From the IMG/VR virus record IMGVR_UViG_3300023174_000133, positions 18,535 through 82,534 of that record: 64,000 nt of DNA. One strand, written 5' to 3'. The notes under the pieces were generated by a model that was given only the letters and a program-made list of their open reading frames with translations, was not told the origin of the DNA and ran no database searches. The DNA comes from a virus. Below, in pieces: positions 49,880 to 58,747 of this stretch (position 1 is the first letter of the stretch; every line of letters starts with the position of its first letter). A program made the position numbers and the translations under genes.

Positions 49880-50263
49880 TCAAGCGGGAATAGAAAAGCG
49901 CTTCACGTCTCGTGTAGCGACGTCGAGGCCAACAGCAGATCCCGCAGAGACCCACTTTCCACCCTGCCACGCCATCGGTTGAATGCTAATCTTCATGGCG
50001 TCATTAACATCACCACCAGCACCCCCTTGTGCGCCACCCGACCAATCCATTGAACCATAACGACCACCCTGCGCAACTGACCAACCAGTCACACCGAGGA
50101 TCTTAAACGCGCGGAAAGGAAACCCCTTCATCGTCCCAGGTTTCCACTCGCGTACCTGTCCAACAGCCAATAAATCGCCACCCTCGACATTCTCTAATAA
50201 TTTCGCGACCTCTTCGTTTATAATGGCGCGAAGTTTCACAGCGCTTAACTTTGTAGTGCTCAT
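49880..50263 (-). CDS. Tagged protein with SH3-like body
   Basis: MSTTKLSAVKLRAIINEEVAKLLE; ATATATA box upstream. Confidence 0.75.
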   Translation of the reverse strand: MSTTKLSAVKLRAIINEEVAKLLENVEGGDLLAVGQVREWKPGTMKGFPFRAFKILGVTGWSVAQGGRYGSMDWSGGAQGGAGGDVNDAMKISIQPMAWQGGKWVSAGSAVGLDVATRDVKRFSIPA

Positions 50264-50296
50264 AGTATATCTCCAGTCTCTATATATACTACGAAA

Positions 50297-50797
50297 TCAC
50301 AAACCCGTCGGTGGCAACAACTGCAGGCCAACAATAGTGTAACGGGCCCAGGGATCTGCCCCGGGATTGTGCGCGTCCCAATTCGGGGGCATCTTGTCCT
50401 TCAATCCGATGCTCGCGAATTCCGCATGTTCCCGCCTCGTTATCACCGCAACACGGCACACTCGGGCATAGAGCGCAGCAAGCTCCGCCGGGTCGGCACC
50501 CCGATCGGCCAGGGGCAACGTCAGCTCCCATATTAACTTCATGGGGACAGCATGCTCCAGATTCAGGAGTGTATGGGGACACCCCCGAGCCGCCCGCGTG
50601 TGGTAGTGATGCTGTGTCGAATACTTGATCGCGTCGCGGAGGTGCGTCTGGGGATGATCGAGGAGCGGTCGGTCGACGAAATACCGGATGTCGCCGGGTC
50701 GGCCACCATAGGCGTTTCGACCCCGAGCTATGTTGAGAATGATGGAAGCAAGAGCAAGACAACGAGCGTCGTCAGGAGACCAGAGGGGTTGACTCAC
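50297..50797 (-). CDS. Hypothetical protein, possible His-Me (HNH-like) nuclease fold
   Basis: LEHAVP...AVITRREH...MP..WD...PWARY; GTGA-coupled to the upstream tagged ORF; GC-rich. Confidence 0.5.
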   Translation of the reverse strand: MSQPLWSPDDARCLALASIILNIARGRNAYGGRPGDIRYFVDRPLLDHPQTHLRDAIKYSTQHHYHTRAARGCPHTLLNLEHAVPMKLIWELTLPLADRGADPAELAALYARVCRVAVITRREHAEFASIGLKDKMPPNWDAHNPGADPWARYTIVGLQLLPPTGL

Positions 50798-50958
50798 TCT
50801 TCTTCCTCCCCCTCGTTCTCTTCTTCTTCCTCACCAATCCACACCTCAGGTTCCCAATGTCCAGAAGTGTCCTGGTGTTGCGCGACTTCGACGATTCGAA
50901 GCAACTCTTCCCTAATCATTTCACGAAGAATCTTTTCTGTCATCGAAGTCGCTCCCAT
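50794..50958 (-). CDS. 54-aa tagged acidic peptide
   Basis: Not in track: MGATSMTEKILREMIREELLRIVEVAQHQDTSGHWEPEVWIGEEEEENEGEEEE; GGGAG SD. Confidence 0.7.
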   Translation of the reverse strand: MGATSMTEKILREMIREELLRIVEVAQHQDTSGHWEPEVWIGEEEEENEGEEEE

Positions 50959-50987
50959 CTTTATCTCCCGTTACTCGAAACTACTAA

Positions 50988-51410
50988 TTAGTAATCAGCC
51001 AGACTTGCCTGTAGTCTTTCAATCTTCGCGGAGTTCTGAGCTTCCCAATCGTTAAGTTGTTCAAGACAAGCGACTCCACGCTCGCGAACGGGGAGCGACG
51101 CAGGCATCTCGAAGTACTCACCGGTTTGCTCGCCCCAAGCTTCGGCGAGGTTACTGAAGAACGCAACGAGATCACCATCCAGCATACCACTCCCGAAGTT
51201 TCTTGCATTATCGTCGTAACTAACGACTTTGAACGCCAACCCATCGGGTGACACCGGCGCGCCGCGACTTAGCTCGTTCTCGAGCGCCGCAAGGGCTTCG
51301 GAAGCCATCCAAGAATTATCATCATCCATCCCTTCCGCGTACTCAACAAGCTTGCGCGCTTCTTCGCGAATGATCTTACGAAGACGCGCCTCAGTTAACT
51401 TAATAGCCAT
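50988..51410 (-). CDS. Tagged acidic protein
   Basis: MAIKLTEARLRKIIREEARKLVE; AAGGAG SD. Confidence 0.8.
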   Translation of the reverse strand: MAIKLTEARLRKIIREEARKLVEYAEGMDDDNSWMASEALAALENELSRGAPVSPDGLAFKVVSYDDNARNFGSGMLDGDLVAFFSNLAEAWGEQTGEYFEMPASLPVRERGVACLEQLNDWEAQNSAKIERLQASLADY

Positions 51411-51717
51411 AGTTATCTCCTTTTTGTTTTGAACGCCAGTGCGCTCTTCATGTCGCATATCATCGCGATTTCTTACAACGCGATAACCGTATGTATCTCT
51501 ATTCTACAAGAACTCGAGAATAAGAACAAAACTATGACTGTTCGAACTTCGACATGTCGTCAAGTCGATATCGAGTCTTTCACGCTTCGCCGCGACTCTA
51601 AACTTTGAACAGAATATAGAATCCGACCATGTTTCCACCCATGTTCATGGCTAACACCGGATCGACGGTCGCCTCGATCACCTCGATCATGATCGAACAC
51701 GCCATTCGTCGTAACTC

Positions 51718-52539
51718 CTAGTTGACAGCGACGACGATGAGCTTGCCCTTGATGTTCCTGCGGAACTCCTCAGCGACTCTTTTCACATGCGTCTGTAAAA
51801 TTTTTAAAGCCTCAGCGACTTCGGGGTCGACAGCATCCGGATTGAACACAAATCCTCGGGTCGTCAGGAGCTCTTGACACACCACCTCGGCCAGCGCGTC
51901 TGACGGGCCCTGGATGACACCGTTTCTCGCAGATGCCATGGTGAGCGCGGGATACCACACGTTGTTGTCTTCTCCACCGATAAGCTCGAGGCCATCAATC
52001 TCACCACCTTCGTAGATCAGTGAATCACGAAGCGTCCCGTAGGACGGTGATATGGCGTATGTGTCGTTTTGATTGTCAAGCATCGCGTGGAAAATCATCC
52101 ACGGCGTCGCGAGGTTATCCTTCACTGTCGATGATGTTGTGTAGAGGATGACAACATCATTTGGCGATAGCGATTCTGGCACTTTAAACCCGTATGAGCG
52201 CAGGGTCTCGATTCCCTTCGTTCCCAGGGGCTCGATCCGGGCCCGGGTATCGTCAATGTAGTCGTACACACCGGCACCGACTCCAATCATCGGTGCAATC
52301 CATACATTGTAAGGAATGTGTGCGAGGTGCTTCGCAGCGAGGGTCTTGAATCGACCACTCTTCGCGAACCTCTCTGCACCGGGCTTATTCATTGTGCTAG
52401 TATCGTCAATGCTTGATACAAAGCTCGGCGCGTCGGTGCCACTATCGACCGGATCTAAGCTTCCGGCGTATGGCATCTCATCGATCCTACTCAATTCCTC
52501 ACGAATAATCTTTCTTAACTGTCCCTCTGCGATTCTCAT
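51718..52539 (-). CDS. Tagged protein, paralog of 11962-12780
   Basis: MRIAEGQLRKIIREELSRIDE; ATATATA box; shared core motifs. Confidence 0.8.
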   Translation of the reverse strand: MRIAEGQLRKIIREELSRIDEMPYAGSLDPVDSGTDAPSFVSSIDDTSTMNKPGAERFAKSGRFKTLAAKHLAHIPYNVWIAPMIGVGAGVYDYIDDTRARIEPLGTKGIETLRSYGFKVPESLSPNDVVILYTTSSTVKDNLATPWMIFHAMLDNQNDTYAISPSYGTLRDSLIYEGGEIDGLELIGGEDNNVWYPALTMASARNGVIQGPSDALAEVVCQELLTTRGFVFNPDAVDPEVAEALKILQTHVKRVAEEFRRNIKGKLIVVAVN

Positions 52540-52574
52540 TTTTCTATGTCTCCTGCAATTCTATATATATAGCT

Positions 52575-52802
52575 TTTCGCATGGAAAAAGCTTCCGGAAA
52601 TTTTTTGAGCGCGGGGGCACTCGGAAAACGCACGTGTACAGGAAAATTTGCCCTCTGGGGGCGGGAGGGACAGCGAGTCGGTTTGGGAAAAAGTTCCGGA
52701 AAAAATTTTCACGGGCTAAGCCCTAGGCAGGGCCAGAAGCGCCCCCAGAGTAGCCCCCAGACGGGGCCCTGAAGCCGGCCCTAGAGGGGGCCCTTGGGGG
52801 CC
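52575..52802. other. Non-coding boundary region with A/T tracts and G/C-run palindromes
   Basis: GGAAAAAG(C)TTCCGGAAA(AA)TTTT occurs twice; GGGGCCC(T) and CCCTAG repeats. Confidence 0.6.
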
Positions 52803-52922
52803 TTATTTCCGGGTTGCCGCCACAGCCTGGCCGAGTACTGTACCGAGTACTGGTACGATGGCGAGGGGTGCCATTTTCCAGAGTGCGAGGCCGAGGGTGA
52901 CGAGTTGGGATTCGGTGGGCAT
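52803..52922 (-). CDS. 39-aa hydrophobic peptide
   Basis: Not in track; GGAGG SD and own promoter; MPTESQLVTLGLALWKMAPLAIVPVLGTVLGQAVAATRK. Confidence 0.5.
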   Translation of the reverse strand: MPTESQLVTLGLALWKMAPLAIVPVLGTVLGQAVAATRK

Positions 52923-53001
52923 CTGGTTTCCTCCGTGGTGGGATTGTTATACAATCAATATAACATGCTTATGGGAGGTGGACAGGCGACGCGTACATTT
53001 T

Positions 53002-53262
53002 TTAGATGATTTGTCGGGCGAGTTCGGTTTTGCCTGTGACTGGGTGGGTGTATTCGAGGATGGCTTCGAGGTTGCCGTCCCAGCCCCAGACGACGCCTGT
53101 GATGGTGGCTGGGATGCGTTGGAGGGAGCCGATGAGGTCGAGGTCGTAGTGGGTGGGGGTGCCGCGGAGTTGGGTGGAGGCGCGATCGGCGATGGAGATG
53201 CGGGCTTGGCGGAGTTCGAGGTGGGCGGTGCGGAGGACGGATTCGATGTGTTCTTCGTTCAT
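53002..53262 (-). CDS. Early hypothetical protein
   Basis: Own promoter and GGAG SD. Confidence 0.7.
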   Translation of the reverse strand: MNEEHIESVLRTAHLELRQARISIADRASTQLRGTPTHYDLDLIGSLQRIPATITGVVWGWDGNLEAILEYTHPVTGKTELARQII

Positions 53263-53344
53263 TGTTCTCTCCCCTCTGGTGGAGATAATATAACATGTCT
53301 ACTGGAAGGGGACAGGTTATGGGGCGCTTTTTTGTCGGGGTTTT

Positions 53345-53786
53345 TTATTGTTTGCTTGCGCGTGATTCTTCGAGGGGAACGAGGCTGCTATGGATGACCC
53401 AACCGATTCGACCCCCGTAGAAGACTTTGAGGTAGGCCCGCGCGGCGGTGGATCGACCACGGGACTCGGGTGGTTCGCCCATGTCGAGAACGATGTCTCC
53501 GGGTTCTAACCTACCCCAGAGGTCGTCGAACTCTACCCGCCAGAAGGGTGCACTCTCGTATGTGCATTTATAGAGCATCGGGTTCCGCCAGCACTTTGAG
53601 GCAGTCGCGTGTGAGCCAGCCGATGTGGCCCTTGTAGAAGACTCGTGAATAGGAACGGGAGAAGGGGTGGGGTGTTATTTCTGCATCCAGACTGAGGACG
53701 ACGTCTTCTGGTTCGAGGATGACGATGCTCTTTGAGAAGTTATCGTTCCATAGGGAGACTCCTTTGTACATGCACTTCAGGAGCAT
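53345..53786 (-). other. Two SH3-like paralogs (53345-53578, 53568-53786)
   Basis: ML.KC.Y....W...LEP.D.VL...Y.[KR]VFY.G.IGW....L. Confidence 0.7.
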
Positions 53787-53789
53787 AGG

Positions 53790-53987
53790 TCAGTCCGTCT
53801 CTTTTTCTTGCCAGCCTTGGCCCCACCACCAGCTGATGTGAGATTGGGGTTTATTGTCGAGGGAGATTCGCCAGTCGCTCCACTCGTCGAGGGGTGGGAG
53901 AACTGAGGTTACCTTAGCGGTGATGGGGTTGCCGCGGGAGTCTTCTCCAATCCAGATGTCACCGACTTGAGGAATGCGATCTGACAT
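53790..53987 (-). CDS. Small beta-rich early protein
   Basis: PQVGDIWIG; own promoter and GGAGG SD. Confidence 0.7.
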   Translation of the reverse strand: MSDRIPQVGDIWIGEDSRGNPITAKVTSVLPPLDEWSDWRISLDNKPQSHISWWWGQGWQEKETD

Positions 53988-54042
53988 TACCTAACCTCCA
54001 TGATAGCAATATAATATGCTCGCCCGTGGGTGGACAGGTTAC

Positions 54043-54267
54043 TTACTCACTTTTATTCCCCCCAGACGAGATACAATGATCGACACCGATCAGTTTGGTG
54101 CAGAACTCCACGAATTGTTCCTCGGAGTCAAAGTGGAAAACAGATTGAGGGGCAGGAATTCCATCCGATGTACAGTTCCAAAGATGGAGGTGTAACCCGC
54201 CTTTACCGTCCTCGTTCACCTCAACTCCCACGTTACCCACGAGAAACTTTCTGTTGAATGTATCCAT
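54043..54267 (-). CDS. Early hypothetical protein
   Basis: Own promoter. Confidence 0.65.
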   Translation of the reverse strand: MDTFNRKFLVGNVGVEVNEDGKGGLHLHLWNCTSDGIPAPQSVFHFDSEEQFVEFCTKLIGVDHCISSGGNKSE

Positions 54268-54350
54268 GTTTTACGTTTCCACCTGTTTGATGTTTAGAAT
54301 ATAATATGCTTGCCCATGGGTGAACAGGAGGATGGCGAAGATTATTCTGC

Positions 54351-54465
54351 TTCTTGCCAGCCTTGACCCCACCACCAGCTGATGTGAGCTGGTAGTTTGT
54401 TGTCGAGGGAGATTCGCCAGTCGCTCCACTCATCGAGGGGTGGGAGAACTGAGGTTACCTTAGCG
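54351..54465 (-). pseudogene. Duplicated 3-prime fragment of gene 53790-53987
   Basis: 115-bp near-identical copy of 53805-53919 without the original start. Confidence 0.75.
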
Positions 54466-54917
54466 ATCGACCTTGGAAAGGATAAAAACTCGGAGGGAGT
54501 GCGAGACAACATAGCCGACTTGGCCGTCGAAGAGGACTTTATAGTAAGACACGACGCCAAGGTCGAGTGGGCCGTCTGATGCATCCAGGACTAGGCAAAC
54601 CTTTCCTTCTCCTATTTTTCCGAGCTCGCGGTTTCCGACCCCTCTTCTGATTTGGGTATCGGCGACAGACCATATCGTTGTGCCACCTGAACGCATGCAC
54701 TTCATGAGCATGGGGAGTCCTCAAGGAGTTTGAGGCATGAGCGCCTGATGTGTCCGGTCCTTCCCTTGTGGAGGACCTCTACGTGGGCTGAGTGGGGGAA
54801 GGGGTCTATATCGAGGACTATGTCTCCCTCTCGGACGAGGTCAACGAAGCGACCGTCCGCGTTACTCCAGAGGTGTTCTGGAGCTGGAGATACACATAGG
54901 TAGAGCTGACCCTTCAT
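54460..54917 (-). other. Two SH3-like paralogs (54460-54711, 54702-54917)
   Basis: Same pattern: C...W...GD.VL...VL..G..G.I....L. Confidence 0.7.
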
Positions 54918-54930
54918 CGTTGCTTCCCGC

Positions 54931-55383
54931 TCAGATGATGTGCATCACACGGGTGGATGTGTAGAGTGTGACCCGGTCTGGGTGTTCGTAGGGTGACCAC
55001 TCCGAATGTTGTTCTTCTACGACTTCGCGTGAGTAGGTCTCTCCGTCGACCACAACTTCTTTACGGGTCCGGGTCTGATTGATTTGTCGGCGTTCGACCC
55101 GGCGGGTGAGGTTCCACCATCCACCATCATCGCATTCGACAGTCGCGCCGTCCTGGGCGTAGCGGTATTCGAATGATTTGGAGTCAGGTCCGCAGGGATT
55201 GACCACATCCTCGCAGTAGTCGGCGAAGACGTCCCGGACGAATGACTCGACACCTTCACGGGTGGTGAAGTAGAGATTGAGCCAGTCCCCTTGTCCGGTG
55301 AGACGCTCGGACCATACCTCGAGGTTTTTGTGGAGCCAGTAGTTGTCCTGGGCGGAGTTGACGTAGTAGTATTCGGTCCGCAT
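54931..55383 (-). CDS. Early hypothetical protein
   Basis: Own promoter and GAGG SD. Confidence 0.7.
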   Translation of the reverse strand: MRTEYYYVNSAQDNYWLHKNLEVWSERLTGQGDWLNLYFTTREGVESFVRDVFADYCEDVVNPCGPDSKSFEYRYAQDGATVECDDGGWWNLTRRVERRQINQTRTRKEVVVDGETYSREVVEEQHSEWSPYEHPDRVTLYTSTRVMHII

Positions 55384-55444
55384 CGTTCCTCTCCCCTTCT
55401 GATGGATACAATATAACCTGCTTGCGTGAGGTGAACAGGTTATA

Positions 55445-55750
55445 TTATAGGAAAGTGACTGCTCCGACGTGGAGCTCTGTCCAGGTCATGTGTCCTGAGT
55501 TGAGTGAACGGTGAACAACCTTGAGGTAGACGAGGTTGTTGTCTTCGCTGTCCATCCAGATTTGAGAGATGGTCCCTTCGACGTCCCTGAAGGTCGCCTT
55601 CCGGTCGGGAGTGCTGTATTCGTACGGCTGGGAGAAGGTGACCCGCTTTCCAATGAATGGTGCGAAGCGTTCCGCCTCGAGCGTCGCCTGGTAGTCTTCG
55701 ACGTCGGCTTCGATTCCAGCTGCGATGCGGTTGAGTTCGTGCTTGCTCAT
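55445..55750 (-). CDS. Early hypothetical protein
   Basis: Own promoter; 5-prime leader nearly identical to that of 54931-55383. Confidence 0.7.
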   Translation of the reverse strand: MSKHELNRIAAGIEADVEDYQATLEAERFAPFIGKRVTFSQPYEYSTPDRKATFRDVEGTISQIWMDSEDNNLVYLKVVHRSLNSGHMTWTELHVGAVTFL

Positions 55751-55817
55751 CGTTCCTCTCCCCTTGATGGAGATAATATAACCTGTCTGCCCGTGTTGAA
55801 CAGGTCGCGGGGCACGT

Positions 55818-56579
55818 TTATTTTTCGAGTGTTACGCCGCCGTCTCTTGAGACAAAGCCTTTAGCGAAGCGTGAGCGATAGTACTCTTCGATGTCGGGAT
55901 CTGTCATCCTTCGGGTTGCCATGTCGTGATATTCGGTAGCGAGTTCTGCACCGATCCATTGTCTCCCAAGGAGTTTCGCTGCGAGTGTCGTTGAGCCTGA
56001 ACCGTTGAATGGGTCGAAGACCGTATCGCCTGGGTCTGTCCTGTTTTCGATGATGTATGAGAGGAGGCCAACAGGTTTCTGAGTTGGGTGGCCGACGTAT
56101 TCTTTTGTAGAGACTTTACCGACGTAGAAGGCTTTGGATCTCTTTTTCGGTTCGCCGTCGATTGTGACGAGTCGAGACTTTTCTGCCGTTCCTTTGCTCA
56201 GGCCGATTACAAGTTCGTGCGTTGTTCCGAAGACGTTTAGATTGCCTGATGCCATGTCTCCCTTTGACCACACGAAGTCGTGGTTGTACTTGAGAGGACC
56301 CCCGTGGATGTGTTGTGAGATGCGGAGGAAGAAGTCGAGGCGTCCGAACATGTAGAGGGATTTTTTCGGTTTAAGGACGCGATGAACTTCTGAGAAGAAG
56401 AGGTCCCAATCGAGTTGGGAGGAGTCTTTGTCGTTCTTGATCCTGGGGAGGATTCTTTCTTGCTTGGCGGTGATGTTGAGCTGATAGTCGATGCCGTATG
56501 GAGGGTCAGTTAGGACCAGGTCGATACTGGAGTCCGGTAGTTGTGCTAAGACTTCGAAACAGTCGGCGTGATGTAGCAT
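55818..56579 (-). CDS. Beta-class N6-adenine/N4-cytosine DNA methyltransferase
   Basis: TDPPYG before HPTQKP and DPFNGSGST. Confidence 0.92.
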   Translation of the reverse strand: MLHHADCFEVLAQLPDSSIDLVLTDPPYGIDYQLNITAKQERILPRIKNDKDSSQLDWDLFFSEVHRVLKPKKSLYMFGRLDFFLRISQHIHGGPLKYNHDFVWSKGDMASGNLNVFGTTHELVIGLSKGTAEKSRLVTIDGEPKKRSKAFYVGKVSTKEYVGHPTQKPVGLLSYIIENRTDPGDTVFDPFNGSGSTTLAAKLLGRQWIGAELATEYHDMATRRMTDPDIEEYYRSRFAKGFVSRDGGVTLEK

Positions 56580-57235
56580 TATCTTCCTGAGAGGTAAGAG
56601 ATGAGTCTTGGGTGACCGTGGCGCTCACGCCATTTGATTTCGACAAAAGACGACATCGATTGATCACACTGGTAATAGTATACTCTCCATTCGTGGTTTA
56701 CATGTTTCGGCCACGTTACGTTGATACCGTTCCAGAGGAAGATGTTACCAGTCGATGTGTTGATCCAGGATACTTCTTGTTGAGTCAAGTTCATTTTGAG
56801 CAGGTCTTCTTTGTTTGAGACTCGAGATCCCTGGACGTAGATGACCTTGTCTTTTGGCTTCGTTGAGAATGCTTTCTTGACGTGTGAGCCCGGGCTTTGG
56901 GGTTGGGTGAATATGTCGACAGAGATCCCTGAGAGACCGGCGCATGTGTCTCTGAACAGGTGGTTTTTCATGCGCCCGCGCAAATCACCAGCGACGCCGT
57001 TATAGATGATTTCGAAGCCATCATTCATCTTTTGCGGGAACGGGTGCTTATGCATCGAGTGTTCAACGGGTTCTGTCGTGGCGATCCAGTACGCGCAGTT
57101 CTTTTTCGGTAGACTGAGCAGGTCAGTTTCGGTTTTGATCGTGGCGTATGGGAGTCCATCAAGACTCGCCTCGGGAGCCCATCCATCTTTATTGAGTTTG
57201 TTAAACAGCTCGATAGATTGTTGTTCTGTTAGCAT
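56579..57235 (-). CDS. Divergent GIY-YIG nuclease, possible restriction endonuclease
   Basis: CAYWI...IIYNGVAGDLRGRMKNH...FVE; TAATG-coupled to the methyltransferase. Confidence 0.5.
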   Translation of the reverse strand: MLTEQQSIELFNKLNKDGWAPEASLDGLPYATIKTETDLLSLPKKNCAYWIATTEPVEHSMHKHPFPQKMNDGFEIIYNGVAGDLRGRMKNHLFRDTCAGLSGISVDIFTQPQSPGSHVKKAFSTKPKDKVIYVQGSRVSNKEDLLKMNLTQQEVSWINTSTGNIFLWNGINVTWPKHVNHEWRVYYYQCDQSMSSFVEIKWRERHGHPRLISYLSGR

Positions 57236-57784
57236 CTTGTTCCCTATTAGAATATAACCTGTCTACTCCTGATGGACAGGTCGCCCGGCGCTTTTTTAGA
57301 AGGATTCGAAGACCAACCAGAGGATGGTTACGATGATGATGACTGGGACAACGACACTCAGCATTCGCCGCAACTCCTGCGGAGGTACACGTTCCTTGTG
57401 GGGGTTGAGAACACGAGACCCGACCTGTGGAAGAGGATATAACGTTTTTCGTCCGTCCCCCGTCTCCTCTCCACCTTTAGCACAAGAGCATCCATGTCGC
57501 TCCTCTTGCCCCGGATGCCCACACGGTCACCAGCCCTTATGGTCATAGGCGGACCTGGGGTTGGGGCACCTGGAAGACCCCTTCCAGGCGACGGAGGTCC
57601 ACTTCTGTGGGTTCCCGGTCCTTACGACGGAGTCGGGTCTCGTCCCCACTGAGGTCGAAGATGTCCCGGAAGGAGCCGCGTTCGGTGTATCGGAACTCAG
57701 TCATCTTGTTCTCCATTCCATACGATTGTTATACAACCAATATAACCTGCTAGTGGGAGGCGGACAGGTTGCCCGCGCACTTTT

Positions 57785-58207
57785 CTACTTCGAGTTGAAC
57801 AGGAACAGACCTGCGAACATAAGACCAGAAGCGACGAGTTTGTTGAGGGTGAGTTCTTCTCCCAGGAACAGGACGGTGAGGACCATAGTGATGGCTGGAC
57901 TCATCGAGACGAGTGTGACGATGACGCCCGGGTCGTCTGAGGCTTTGAGGAGGACACCTAACAGGACAGTCGCGACGATACCAAGGAAGACGCAGAGAGC
58001 ACCCCAAATGATGCCCCGTGTATCCCACCCAGCGACTCCTGTTTTGCTGATGATGTACAACCACACAGGGATGCACAACGCATACACAGCACCCGCGACT
58101 ACCTGGAGCTGGTAAGGGTGGATACGGTCGACCGCCAGTTTCCTGAAGAAAGACGAGACCCCGAAGAGACCGATAGACGCCAGGAGCATGTAGAGTTGTT
58201 TAGACAT
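57785..58207 (-). CDS. EamA/DMT-family membrane protein
   Basis: About five TM helices; SMSPAIT...LFLGEELT...G motif. Confidence 0.85.
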   Translation of the reverse strand: MSKQLYMLLASIGLFGVSSFFRKLAVDRIHPYQLQVVAGAVYALCIPVWLYIISKTGVAGWDTRGIIWGALCVFLGIVATVLLGVLLKASDDPGVIVTLVSMSPAITMVLTVLFLGEELTLNKLVASGLMFAGLFLFNSK

Positions 58208-58218
58208 GTTTGTGTTTG

Positions 58219-58683
58219 TTACTTCATGAAGCAGAGTTCTGCGCAGACGTCGTTGCCCTTCTTGGACGTGAAGAGCGGGGCACCACACCCCTTGCAGCAA
58301 CCACCGGTTCCCACTGCCGCCCAGACGTCCCGAAGTCGCTGGATGGTCCGGTCTGCAATTGCGTCGATCTCACCGGTTCGGAAGACTCGGTGGTCTGCCT
58401 TCGCTACGGGTCGGGTGCCACCGTCTCGGGTGGTGTAGAGAGCACAGGCTCGGATGGCGTCAGTGCCGTGTTCTCGGACCTGGGGGACTCCACGTTCTTC
58501 TACGATGGTGGTGTAGACCACAACCCGGATACCCTGTTTCTTGTGAGGGCGGGAGAAGACCAGCTCCTTGGTCCCGGGTTGTGCAGCTTCGCGGATGAAG
58601 CCCGCGCTGTCGAGTCGGGTGAGGAGTTCGACAGCGAGGACTTGACGGTGCATCTCGATCTTGGGGTCGTACGGCATGTTCAC
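58219..58683 (-). CDS. Early protein with C-terminal Zn finger
   Basis: VVYTTI..R..G.DAIR; CKGCG...VCAELC. Confidence 0.75.
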   Translation of the reverse strand: MNMPYDPKIEMHRQVLAVELLTRLDSAGFIREAAQPGTKELVFSRPHKKQGIRVVVYTTIVEERGVPQVREHGTDAIRACALYTTRDGGTRPVAKADHRVFRTGEIDAIADRTIQRLRDVWAAVGTGGCCKGCGAPLFTSKKGNDVCAELCFMK

Positions 58684-58747
58684 TCTCCGCTTGATGGAGT
58701 TAATATAACCTGTTAGAGGAGAGTGGACAGGACGTGGACGAACTTTT

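Noticed and set aside
50289-51055. Track ORFs 50289-50762 (-) and 50552-51055 (+)
   Set aside because: They are shadow frames of 50297-50797 and of the tagged 50794-50958 gene.
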